Below, in pieces: positions 36,420-48,616 of a stretch of 64,000 nt of DNA; the first letter of the stretch is position 1; each line of letters starts with the position of its first letter. The DNA is taken from assembly GCA_030390025.1 (NCBI GenBank), contig CM059432.1:106146001-106210000 (forward strand), read 5' to 3'. Source of the stretch: Squalus acanthias. Its lineage: Eukaryota. A program made the translations under genes and the position numbers. The notes beneath the pieces were generated by a model that ran no database searches, had not been told where the DNA came from, and saw only the letters and a program-made list of their open reading frames with translations.

Positions 36420-39400
36420 TTTCAAATAAAACTGTTGGACTATAACCTGGTGTTCTGCGACTTCTCACTTTTGTCCACCCCAGTCCAACACCGGCATCTC
36501 CGCATCATGGCCTCTATTTATGAAGCCCAAGATCCCATATGCTTTGCTAACCACTCTCTCAATATGTCCCGCCACCTTCAGGGACCTATGCACATTAACT
36601 CCCAGGTCCCTCTGTCCCTGCACACTCTTTAAAACTGTGCCATTAAGGTATATTGCCTCTCCCTGTTCCTTCTGCCAAAATGCATCACCTCACACTTCTC
36701 TGTATTAAATTCCATCTGCCACTTGTCTGCCCATTCTGCTAGCCTTTCTATGTCCTGTTGCAGTCGATTGGTATCATCATCACTGTTTGCCACACCCCCA
36801 AGTTTGGTGTCATCGGCAAATTTAGAAATTCTACTCTGTATTCCAATATCCAGGTCATTTATATATATCAAAAATAGCAGTGGCCCCAGCACTAACCCTT
36901 GGGGAACACCACTGTCTACCATCCTCCAGTCTGAAAAGCAGCCATTTACCACAGCTCGTTGTTTTCTGTCCTTAAGCCAATTCCTTATCCAAGCTGCCAC
37001 TGACCCTCCTGAGCCTCAATTTTGTTAACCAGCCTTCTATGTGGTACTTTGTCAAACGCCTTCCTAAAATCCACGTAGACAACATCCATTGCATTCCCTT
37101 CATCAATCCTCCCTGTCACTTCATCAAAAAATTCAATTGGATTAGTCAAACACGATCTGCCTTTTACAAATCTGTGTTGGCTCTCCTTAATAAGCTTAAA
37201 CCTCTCCAAGTGCCCATTAATTTTTTCCTTGATTATTGTTTCTAAAACTTTACCCACCACTGATGTTAAACTGTAGTTACTAGGATTGTCCTTACACCCT
37301 TTCTTGAACAATGGTGTCACATTTGCCACTTTCCAATCCTCAGGCACCTTCCCCGCATCTAGGGAAGATTGGAAAATTATGGCAAGCCCTTCTGCTATCT
37401 CCTCCCCAAATTCCATTAGCAACCTGTGATGCAAGCCATCTGGACCAGGTGACTTATCCACTCTAAGCATATCCAATCTTTCTAGTACATCCTGTCTATC
37501 AATTTTCACCCCTTCAATTGCTTCTACCTTTTCCACTTCTACCGATATTTTGTCAGCATCCACCTCCTTAGTAAACACTGATACAAAGTCCTCATTGAGT
37601 ATTCTAGCCTTGCCCTGCGCCTCTAAGCATATATCACCTTCTTTGTCCCTAATAGGCCCTACCCTGCCTCTTACTACCCGCTTACTGTTTACATGCCAGT
37701 AGAAGATTTTTGGGTTCCCTTTTATGTTAACCGCCATTCTACTCTCATATTCTCTCTTTGCCAATTTTATTTTCATCTTCACTTCCCCTCTCAACTTATT
37801 GTATTTGGTCTGGTTCTCCCTTGAAGAATTCATCTGACATTCATCATACACCCTCTTGTTTTGTTTCATCATCTTCTCTACCTTCCTCATCATCCAAGGA
37901 GCCCTTGCCCTTCCCTCTTGTTGGAATGTACCTAGCCTGTACTTGGAACATCTCCTCCTTAAAGATCACCCATTGTTCCGTTACAGCTTTTCCTGTCGGT
38001 CTTTGGTTCCATTTTACCCTGGCTAGATCCTTTTGCATCCCATTGAAGTTAGCCCTATTCCAGTTTAGAAGTTCCACTCTAGATTGTTCCTTGCTCCTCT
38101 CCATTGCTAATCTAAATCTTATGATATGTTGATCACTCATACCCAAATGTTCTCCCACAGACACTTGGTCGACCTGGCCCACCTCATTCCCCAGCACCAG
38201 ATCCAGCAATGCCTCCTTCTTAGGTGGGCCAAGACCATACTGGTCAAGGAAATTCTCCTGAACATATTTCAGAAATTCCTCCCCCTCCTTTCCCTTTACC
38301 CTAGCATTATCCCAATCAATATTTGGGAAATTAAAGTCCCCCAATATCACCACTCTATAGGTCTTGCATGTCTCTGTAATTTCCCTTCAGATTTGCTCCT
38401 CTTCTCCCTCTCACTATTTGGAGGCCTGTAGAATACCCCCAATAGCGTGATCATACCCTTTCTGCTCCTCAACTCTAACCAAATGGATTCTGTCCTTGTC
38501 CCCTCAAGAACATTCTCTGTTTCCACTACAATGTCTTCCTTAATCAGCGCTGCCACCCCACCTCCCTTTTTTCCTTCCCTATCTTTTCTGAACACATTGT
38601 ACCCTTGAATATTAAGTGCGCAGGCCTCACCATTTTTAAGCCATGTTTCCGTTATTGCCACATCATCATATTGCCACATGGCTAATTATGCTTGTAGTTC
38701 ACCAACCTTATTCACCACACTTTGTGTGTTTATGTACATGCATTCTAAACCCATTTTTGAATTTTTCGTAGTCTTAGTCTGCTCCAATCTAATATGGTAC
38801 TACTTCCGCCTCCAGCACTACCTTCCCCTTCAGTACCAGCCAACACACTCACTCTTCCATGCGCCCCATTCCTCCCCTCCACTCCTACATGCTGGTGCCC
38901 ATCCCCCTGCCAAGCCAGTTTAAACCCTCCCCAACAGCACTAGCAAACCTCCCCGTGAGAATATTGGTCCCGGCTCTGTTGAGGTGTAACCCGTCCGGCT
39001 TGTACAGGTCCCACCTTCCCCAGAAATGGTCCCAATGCCTCAGGAATCTAAAGCCCTCCCTCCTGCACCATCTCTCCAGCCATGCATTCATCTGTCTATA
39101 AAAGGTCTATAAAATTATGAAAGGTTTTGATAGAGTGGATACAGAGAGATTGTTTCCACTTGTGGGGAAAGAGCAAAACCAGAGGCCATCAACATAAGAT
39201 AGTCACCAAGAAATCCAATAGGGAATTCAGAAGAAACTTCTTTACCCAAAGAGTGGTGAGAATGTGGAACTCGCTACCATAGGGAGTGGTTGAAGCGAAT
39301 AGTATAGATGCATTTAAGGAGAGGCTGGACAAACATATGAGGGAGAAGAGAATAGAGAGTTATGCTGATAGAGTTAGCTGAGGAAAGACAGGAGGAGGCT

Positions 39401-41199
39401 CGAGTGGAGCATAAACACCAGCATGGACTGGTTGGGCCAAATGGCCTGTTTCTGTGCCGTATATCTTATGTAATAAAATACTTTTATATAAAATGATGAT
39501 AAAGTCATTTGAACTGTCAAAATCCTCATTTCGTTTTTGCTTATCACCACAGGCAGGCTGTGATTAGCTGTTGATTTAACACGTAGGTACTTGAATATTA
39601 GTAATTTTAATATTTTGCACACTTCGCATAATACATGGTTCAGTGTAGTTTTAAACTGTCCTGACAATCACGTAGTATGCATAATTTGGAGAATTTCCCA
39701 CGTAAAAGTTTTACATTAAACGTATATTGTAAAACAAAGATTTGCTTTTGGTATTTAACATAACAGAAATCAATACTGATAATTTGGAAAAGTTGAATAA
39801 GTTGGATATTAAATTGCAGAAGAGTTTCAAAACTAATCAGTAGTCAAATAAATCCTTTGTAAAATGAACTTCAGCAGACTGAAAGCACCCAGTTCAGTAT
39901 GACGTCAACATAATATTTATTTTACAATATCAAGTAGTTACAAATGTTTTCCCATAATCAAAATTAAAAACACCAGAGGGAGGTATCAAATCTCCAACTT
40001 CTCATTTTGTCCAGTAAGAGATTATTATTCATGTCTGCCCTTTCGGCTAAGAGACATGTTTGGAGTGGTCTTGTTTCACTCGACCTATGTTTTTTCTGCT
40101 CTTGATACAAAAACAGGAATGACCTAATTACTGACAGGCACAGAGAGTAAGCCAAGTTGGCAGTTCAGTCGCTCAGTTTGTGCCTGACACGCTCTGGTAA
40201 ATAATGTCGTAAACTCCTAACTGCATGTTTCCTTCCTGTCTGCATGTGTCAATGTAACCTTTAACTTACCAACATTTATAACTAATTTTGCCTTAAAGCA
40301 CACCTCAAATTTAATATTGAAGCTTTTCTACGAGGCTAACGAGACAGACTGGGGACTGTTAAACGGTCTTATAATGCGTTGAGCACATTTATCTTCATTT
40401 CAGTTCTAAACTACTTTCCTGTTGCATCATTTTAGAAGTAAAGTACCCAACTGTTCCTGCCTTACATACCCAGGATCAGACTGAAGGTGATCAAATCTAA
40501 GCGTTTGGCTGTGGCCATGGTTGTGTGATTGGACATAAATTCATTACAATCACTTCCTTGAGAACATTTGTACCGTGCACGTTTAGTAAAACCGAATCGG
40601 ATATATAGTGCTTTCCAATATAAACTGTTTAGAAAAGTGCTAGTGCACAACAAAGAGAACAGGATGTTTGGCATGGACGAACCCGATATACCTTGACCTT
40701 TGGGTCCCAGCAACAAAGAACCGATAATGGTCAGTAACAGGACTGAGAACAGATAACGCTTTTGAGAAAGATTATTGGGTAGCTCGAAGTTTTGGTAGTG
40801 TTTCAAAAGTTCATTCATTACAACAGTATTCCTTTTTTTAAATGATAACAGGAAGATCGTGTTAGTTGTTAGATAAAAACATTCAGTGCTTTTGCATCTT
40901 GGCCTCTGACCAATTCTTCATAAATGGGTGTTGTATTACTATTTTGCCAGTTTAAAACGCATAAATATTATTTTCGGCTCCAGTAGGAATAGTGACTTCT
41001 GTCTCCCGCTCGCTAACAATCCAGTCATTGTCTTTCACTGGGAAAATAATGTCACAATAACTACTCAGTTGTCACACATTTTTCATTACATCATAGCTAT
41101 CCCTTCACACCAATGAAAGGAATATCATGGGGAGAATGTTCTATTTAAATAAATACCAATTGTAAATCTATGGTAACAGCTACCATTAATTCAGCACTG

Positions 41200-41373
41200 T
41201 CCATTCCTCTGATAGTTCTGTGAGTAATTGCACCATGTAGTGTACTGAGCCATACCGAATCTGAGATCTGTGGATTTTAGACCAGGTGGCTGTGGGGTAT
41301 CTATAATTGACCACAATAACAAAAATAAACTAGAACTTCTGTTCCTGATCATTATTCGAGGACACATGCTGAT
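41200..41373 (+). mobile_element. AmnSINE2-like SINE 5' part; appears to continue at 42698-42812 and 45543-45600
   Basis: Shares CTATAATTGACC and CCTGATCATTAT motifs with 50075-50260; family name from recalled consensus. Confidence 0.5.
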
Positions 41374-41374
41374 A

Positions 41375-42697
41375 AGTTTGACAAATCTGTTAGAGTTTTT
41401 TGAGGTTGTAACTAGCAGAATAGATAAAGGGGAACCAGTGGATTGACAGACAGAAAACAGAGAGTAGGAATAAATGGGTAATTTTCAGGTTGGCAGGCTG
41501 TAACTAGTGGGGTACTGCAAGGATCAGTGCTTGGGCCTCAGCTATTCACAATCTACATCAATGATTTGGATGAGGGGACCAAATGTAATTTATCCAAGTT
41601 TGCTGAGGATACAAAGCTGGGTGGGAATGTAAGTTGTGAGGAGGATGCAAGGAGGCTTCGAGGGGATATAGACAGGCTAAGTGAGTGGGCAAGAACATGG
41701 CAAATGGAATATGTGGAGAAATGTGAAGTTATCCACTTTGGTAGGAAAAATAGAAAAACAAAGTATTTTTTAAATGGTGAGAGATTGGGAAATGTTGGTG
41801 TTCAGAGGGACCTGGGTGTCCTTGTACACGAATCACTGAAAGTTAACATGCAGGTACAGCAAGCAATTAGGAAAGCAAATAGTATGTTGGCCTTTATTAC
41901 AAGAAGATTGGAGTACAAGAGTAAAGACGTCTTACTGCAATTATATATGAGACCACACCTGGAGTATTGTGTACAGTTTTGGTCGTCTTACCCAAGGAAG
42001 GATATACTTGCCATAGAGGGAATGTAACGAAGGTTCACCAGACTGGTTCCTGGGATGGGGGATTATCCTATGAGAAGAGATTGAGCCTACACTCTCGAGT
42101 TTAGAAGAATGAGAGGTGATCTCATGTGGGGTTACGGGGATAGGATGGGATATGTTAGGGGGAATTAAATACGTGGAGTTACGGGGATAGGGTGGGATAT
42201 GTGTCGGTGCAGGCTCGATGGGGATTCTGTGGGAGAAAGCAGGGACAGGGTACTGGATTTGGATGATCAGCCATGATCGTATTGAATGGTGGAGCAGGCT
42301 CGACGGGCTGAATGGCCTACTCCTGCTCCTAGTTTCTATGTTTCTATGAAACAAACAAAATTCTTACAGGGCTTGACAGGGTAGATGCAAGAGGATGTTT
42401 CCCCTGGCTGGGGAGTCTAGAACCAGGGGTCACAGTCTCAGAATAAGGGGTTGGCCAATTAGGACTGAGATGAGGAGAAATTTCTTCACTCAGAGGGTGG
42501 TGAATCTTTGGAATTCTCTACCCCAGAGGGCTGTGGAGGCTCAGTCGTTGAGTATATTCAAGACAGAGATCAATAGATTTTTGAATATTAAGAGAATCAA
42601 GGGATATGGGGATAGTGCAGGAAAGTGGAGATGAGGTAGAAGATCAGCCATGATTTTACTGAATGGCCTACTCCTGCTCCTAATTCTTATGTTCTTA
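41375..42697 (+). mobile_element. CR1 LINE RT and 3' end, interrupted by HE1-like SINE
   Basis: LGPQLFTIYINDL, KCEVIHFG, PHLEYCVQFW; TTCTTATG tail. Confidence 0.93.
42126..42347 (+). mobile_element. 5'-truncated HE1-like SINE 3' part
   Basis: Nearly identical to the reverse complement of 58521-58750; inserted in the CR1 GDLIET codons. Confidence 0.85.
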
Positions 42698-42812
42698 AGT
42701 GTGTGTATGTATATGTCGACTAAGGACGAAATGGGACTTAGTACCCACCATGGTTGAACAACCTACATTTAGGCTTATACATGAAGAGTAGTCACAGGAA
42801 CAAGATACCAAA

Positions 42813-43423
42813 GGATTGAGTACAAAAACAAGGAAGTTATGCTAAACCTTTATAAATCACTGGTTAGGTCTCAGCTGGAGTATTGTGGCCAATTCTGGAC
42901 ACTACACTTTAGGATAGATGTCAAGGCCTTAGAGAGGGTGCAGAAGAGATTTACTAGAATGGTACCAGGGTTGTGAGACTTTAGTTATGTGGCAAGACTA
43001 GGGAAGCTGGGGGCATTTTCCTTACAGGTGAGAAGGTTAAGGGGAGATTTAATGGAGGTGCTCAAAATCATGAAGGGTTTTGATAGAGTAAATAAGAATA
43101 AACTGTTTCCACTGGCAGGATGGTTGGTAACCAGGGGACACAGATTTAAGGTAATTGGCAAAAGTACCAGAGGTGAGATAAGGAGAATTTTTTTCATGCA
43201 GTGAGTTGTTATGATCTGGAATGCACTGCCTGAAAGGGTCGTGGAAGCAGATTCAATAATAACTTTCAAAAGGGAATTGGATAAATAGTCGAAGGGGAAA
43301 AATTTGGAGGGCTGTGGGGAAAGGGCAGGGGAGTGGGACTAATTGGATAGGTCTTTCAAAGAGCCGCACAGGCACAATGGGCTGAATGGCCTCCTATGTG
43401 CTGTATCACTGTATGATTCTATG
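42813..43423 (+). mobile_element. CR1 3' fragment
   Basis: YKSLVRSQLEYC, RRLRGDLMEV; TATGATTCTATGA tail. Confidence 0.9.
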
Positions 43424-45520
43424 ACTGGTAGCAGCGCTGTGGGCCATCAGCAGCAGCAGAATTGTATTCCACCACAATCTGTAACCTCATGGCCTGGCAT
43501 ATCCCTCACTCTACCATTACCACCAAGCCAGGGGACCAACCCTGGTTCAACAACGAGTGTAGAAGAGCATGCCAGGAGCAGCACCAGGCGTACCTAAAAA
43601 TGAGGCGCCAACCTAGGGAAGCTGCAACACAGGACTACATGCATGCTAAAAAGCAGAAGCAGCATGCTATACATAGGGCTAAGCAATCCCACCATCAACG
43701 GATCAGATCAAAGCTCTGAAGTCCTGCCACATCCAGTCGTGAATGGTGGTGGACCATTAAACAACTAACGGGAGGAGGAGGCTCCAAGAATATCCCCATC
43801 CTCAATGATGGTGGAGCCCAGCACGAGAGTGAAAAAGACAAGGCTGAAGCGTTTGCAACCAACTTCAGCCAGAAGTGCCGAGTGGATGATCCATATCGGC
43901 CTACTCCCGAGGTCCCCACCATCACAGAAGCCAGTCTTCAGCCAATTCGATTCACTCCACGTGATATCAAGAAACGGCTGAGTGCACTGGATACAGCAAA
44001 GGCTATGGGCCCTGACAACATCCCGGCTATCGTGCTGAAGACTTGTGCTCCAGAACTAGCCGCGCCTCTAGCCAAGCTGTTCCAGTACAGCTACAACACT
44101 GGCATCTATCCGACAACGTGGAAAACTGCACAGGTATGTCCTGTCCACAAAAAGCAGGACAAATCCAACCCGGCCAATTACCATCCCATCAGTCTACTCT
44201 CAATCATCAGCAAAGTGATGGAAGGTGTCATTGACAGCGCTATCAAGCGGCACTTACTCACCAATAACCTGCTCACTGATGCCCAGTTTGGGTTCCGCCA
44301 AGACCACTCTGCTCCTGACCTCATTACAGCCTTGGTCCAAACATGGACAAAGGAGCTGAATTACAGAGGTGAGGTGAGAGTGACTGTCCTTGACATCAAG
44401 GCAGCATTTGACCGAGTGTGGCATCAAAGAGCCCCAGTAAAACTGAAGTCAATGGGAATCAGGGGGAAAACGCTTCACTGGCTGGAGTCATACCTAGCGC
44501 AAAGGAAGATGGGTGTGGTGGTTGAAGGTCAATCATCATAGCCCCAGGACATCACTGCAGGAGTTCCTCAGGGCAGTGTCCTAGGCCCAACCATCTTCAG
44601 CTGCTTCATCAATGACCTTCCCTCCAACATAAGGTCAGAAATGGGGATGTTCGCTGATGACTGCAGTGTTCAGTGCCATTCGCAACTCCACAGATAATGA
44701 AGCAGTCCATGCCCGCATGCAACAAGACCTGGACGACGTTCAGGCTTGGGCTGATAAGTGGCAGGTAACATTCACGCCACAGAAGTGCCAGGCAATGACT
44801 ATCTCTAACAAGCGAGACTCTAACCACCTCCCCTTGCCATTCAATGGCATTAGCATCGCCAAATCCCCCACTATCAACATCCTGGGGGTCACCATTAACC
44901 AGAAAATTAACTGGACCAGCCACATAAATACTGTGGCAACAAGAGCAGGTCAGAGGCTAGGTATTCTGTGGCAAGTGTCTCACCTCCCGACTCCCCAAAG
45001 CCTTTCCACCATCTACAAGGCACAAGTAAGGAGTGTGATGGAATACTCTCCACTTGCCTGGATGAGTGCAGCTCCAACAACACTTATGAAGCTCGACACC
45101 ATCCAGGACAAAGCAGCCCGCTTGATTGGCACCCCATCCACCACCTTAAACATTCACTCCCTCCACCACCGGCATACCGTGGCTGCAGTGTGTACCATCT
45201 ACAAGATGCACTGCAGCAACTCGCCAAGGCTTCCTTGGCAGCACCTCTCAAACCCGCGACCTCTTCCACCTAGAAGGACAAGGGCAGCAGGCACATGGGA
45301 ACACCACCACCTCCAAGTTCCCCTACAAGTCACACACCATCCTGACTTAGAAGTATATCGCCGATCCTTCATCGTCGCTGGGTCAAAATCCTGGAACTCC
45401 CTAACAGCACTGTGGGAGTACCTTCACCACACGGACTGCAGCGATCAAGAAGGCGGCTCACCACCACCTTCTCAAGGGCAACTAGGGATGGGCAATAAAT
45501 GACACCCTGATCCCATAAAA
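43424..45520 (+). mobile_element. Second LINE family (CR1/L2 group), 5'-truncated ORF2 with RT
   Basis: [52 protein letters not shown]; few disruptions; same family as 9685-10750. Confidence 0.92.
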
Positions 45521-46390
45521 ATGAATACATTTTTTAAAAAAAGCTGCAGAACTACACCCAACCATGCGATACCACCTTCAGAAGGTGGCGAAAACTGGGG
45601 AGGGGGGAAATAGTCTAATTCATGTTCGCAAGCTTAAAATTGCTGTGCCAGAGTTTTGCAATCACATTTATACTCTTGGAAAATGATGGCAAGCTAAAGG
45701 GACATTTACCTTTTATAGCCAGTTTGTAACCAATCAACACCCATCTAGTTATCTTATAAAGTTGGTACAACTGCACGGTCTTCTTGTATGTTAAATTTCA
45801 GCCAGTACACTTCCCACATCACACTCTGTTGTCATATTCTGGTATCACAATTTTTCATTGGCTGATGTCCTTGCTGCCGATGGCTAAGCAACCTGACCCT
45901 GAGGAAGCTGAGGCAGTTCTCCTGACTCATTGGTAGGTCGGTGTGCCAAAGTCTGTGGATTTGATGTGGAGCCTGCTGATCTCTTTGGCATGTCTTAGTA
46001 ACAAAGTAACAGGAGTAGGAAATTCAGCCCCTTGGGCCTGCTCCGCCATTCAGTTAGATCATGGCTGATCTGCACCTCAACTCCATATTCCTATCTTTGC
46101 TCCATATCTCTTGATAGCCTTACCTAACAAAAATCTATATCTCAGTCTTGAAAGCTCCAATTATCCTAGCATCCACAGTCTTTTGGGAGAGAAAGTTCCA
46201 AATTTCTATTACCCTTTGTGTGAAAAAAGGCTTCCTTATTTCACTCCTGAAAGGCCTAGCTCTAATTTTAAGACTATGTCCACTAAGTCTTGATTCCCCC
46301 ACAAGAGAAAATAGTTTCTCCATATCAACCTTATTAAATTCTTTTCAAATTTTAAACACCTCGATCAGATCACCCCTCAATCTCCTATAC

Positions 46391-47920
46391 ACAACAACTT
46401 GCATTTATGTACAACAACAACAACTTGTATTTATATAGCACCTTTAACGTAGTAAAACATCCCAAGGCGCTTCACAGGAGCATTATCAAATAAAGTTTGG
46501 CACCAAGACACATAAGGAGATATTAGGGCAGATGACCAAAAGCTTGGTTAAAGAAGTAAGTTTTACGGAGCATCTTAAAGGAGGAAAGAGAAGTAAAGGC
46601 GGAGAGGTTTAGGGAGGGAATTCCAGAGCTTTAGGGCCTTGACAGCTGAAGGCACGGACACCAATGTTGGAGCGATTAAAATTGGAGATGCTCAAGAGGC
46701 CAGAATTGGAGGAGCACAGATATCTTGTAGGGTTATAGGGCTGGAGGAACTAAAAGAGATAGGGAGGGGTGAGGCCATGGAGGGATTTAAAAACAAGGAT
46801 GAGAATTTTAAAATCGAGGCGTTGCTTAAACGGGAACCAATGTAGGTCAGCGAGCACTGGGGTGATGGGTGAACGGGACTTTGTGCGAGTTAGGACATGT
46901 GCAGCAGAGTTTTAGATGACCTCAAGTTTACAGAGGGTAGAACGTGGGAGGCCGGCCAGGAGTGCATTGGAATAGTCAAGTTTAGAGGTAACAAAGGCAT
47001 GGATGAGGGTTTCAGCAGCAGATGAGCTGAGGCAGGTTCAGAGTTGGGCGATGATACGGAGGTGGAAATAGGCGATTTTGGTGACGCAGCTATGAGGTTG
47101 GCAGCTCATTTCGGGGTCAAATATGACACCAAGGTTGCGAACAGTTTGGTTCAGCCTCAGACAGTTGCGAGAGAGAGGGATGGAATCAGTGGCTAGGGAA
47201 CGGAGTTTGTGGTGGGGACTGAAGACAATGGCTTCCTATATTTGCATACATAACGGTGACTATACTTCAAAAGTACTTAATTGGTTGTAAAGCACTTTGG
47301 GACGTCCTGAGGTCGTGAAAGGCATTATATAAATGCAAGTCTTTCTTTTTTCTCAATATCTAGTTGGAGGAAATTTCTGCTCATCCAGTACTGGATGTCG
47401 GACAAGAAGTCTGACAATTTAGATACAGTGGAGGGGTCAAGAGAAGTGGTGGTGAGGTAGAGCTGGGTGTTGTCAGCGTACATGTGGAAAATGACTGTTT
47501 TCGGATGATGTCACCGAGGGGCAGCATGTAGATGAGAAATAGGAGGGGCCAAGGATAGATCCTTGGGGGTCTCCAGAGGTAACGGTGCAGGAGCGGAAAG
47601 CGAAGCCATTGCAGGTGATTCTCTGGCTACGACTGTACCACTTTAACGTAGTAAAACGTCCTTCACAGAAGCGTAATCTGACAAAAAATGATACTGAACC
47701 AAAGGAGACATTGGACAGGTGACCAGAAGCTTGGTCAAAGTGGTAGGTTTTAAGGAGCGTCTTAAAGGAGGAGAGGCGGACAGTTTTAGGGAGAGAATTC
47801 TAAAGCTTGGGGCCAAGACAATTGAAGGCACGGCTGCCAATGGTGGGGTTAAGGAAGTCAAGGATGCACCAGAGGCCAGAATTTGAGGAAGACAGGCCAG
47901 AATTGTAGGAACAAAGAGTT
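46391..47920 (-). mobile_element. L2 LINE 3' fragments (at least two) with a SINE/L2 tail at 47236-47345 on the plus strand
   Basis: L2-type tail CAACAACTTGTATTTATATAGCACCTTTAACGTAGTAAAAC; minus-strand HMYADNTQLYL near 47455-47490. Confidence 0.8.
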
Positions 47921-48147
47921 CACAAGGGAATATAAGCCAAGTTTATGCAACCTGCCTTCATAATTTAACCCTCTAAGCCCCAGTATAATTCCAGTGAATC
48001 TGCACTGCACCCCCTCCAAGGCTAATATATCATTCATGAGGTGCAGTGCCCAAAACTGAATGCAGGACTCTAAATGGGGTCTAACCAACTGAAGCATAAC
48101 TTTCTTCCCTTTGTATTCTAGCCCCCTTGAGACAAAGGCCAACATTC

Positions 48148-48616
48148 ATACACAAATCTTTGAAGGTGGCAGGACAAGTTGATACGGCTGTTAAAAAAGC
48201 ATACGGGATCGTTGAGCCATAGAGTACAAAAGCAAGGAAGTTGTGGTAAACCTTTATGAATCACAGGTTAGGTCTCAGCTAGAGTATTTTAGGAAGGATG
48301 CCAAGGCCTTGGAGAGGTTGCAGAGGATCGGTAACCGGATGATGACACAGATTTAAGATAATAGGCAAAAAAACAAGGGGGAAAATGAGAATTTTTTTTA
48401 CGTAATGAGTTATGATTATCTGGAATGCACTGCCTGAAAGAATGATCGAAGTAGATTCAATAGTCACTTTCAAAAGGGAATTGGATAAATACTTGTAAAG
48501 GAGAAATTTGCATGGCTATGGGAAAAGTACAGGGGAGTGGGATTAATTGGATAGCTCTTTCAATGAGTCTGCACAGGCACGATTGCCGAACGGCCTCTGT
48601 TCTGTATGATTCTATG
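48148..48616 (+). mobile_element. CR1 3' fragment with internal deletions, nested in antisense CR1
   Basis: Same subfamily as 42813-43423; TATGATTCTATGATTC tail. Confidence 0.8.

Larger units (their letters stand above)
36276..36510 (+). mobile_element. Penelope-like element reduced to an inverted pLTR palindrome plus tail, 14-bp TSD
   Basis: Arms 36274-36370 and 36375-36471; TSD CCTCTATTTATGAA at 36262 and 36511; right arm and tail match 56540-56667. Confidence 0.9.
34913..39095 (-). mobile_element. Long CR1 LINE: ORF1 esterase C-terminus and degraded ORF2, with nested MITE and Penelope
   Basis: DGLHLN (ORF1); ITETW, YRPPN, GDFNFP, KSPGPDG, DFRKAFDKVPH, GVPQG, FADD, YCVQFWSP. Confidence 0.95.
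34630..39470 (+). mobile_element. CR1 3' fragment (34630-34912 and 39103-39470) split by an antisense CR1
   Basis: GGGGTGACCTAATAGAG at about 34900 resumes as GTCTATAAAATTATGAAAGG at about 39105. Confidence 0.8.

Noticed and set aside
40462..40818. 118-aa ORF with hydrophobic stretches as a standalone gene
   Set aside because: No recognisable family; only its last 49 coding nt with Kozak context and donor are kept as a candidate exon
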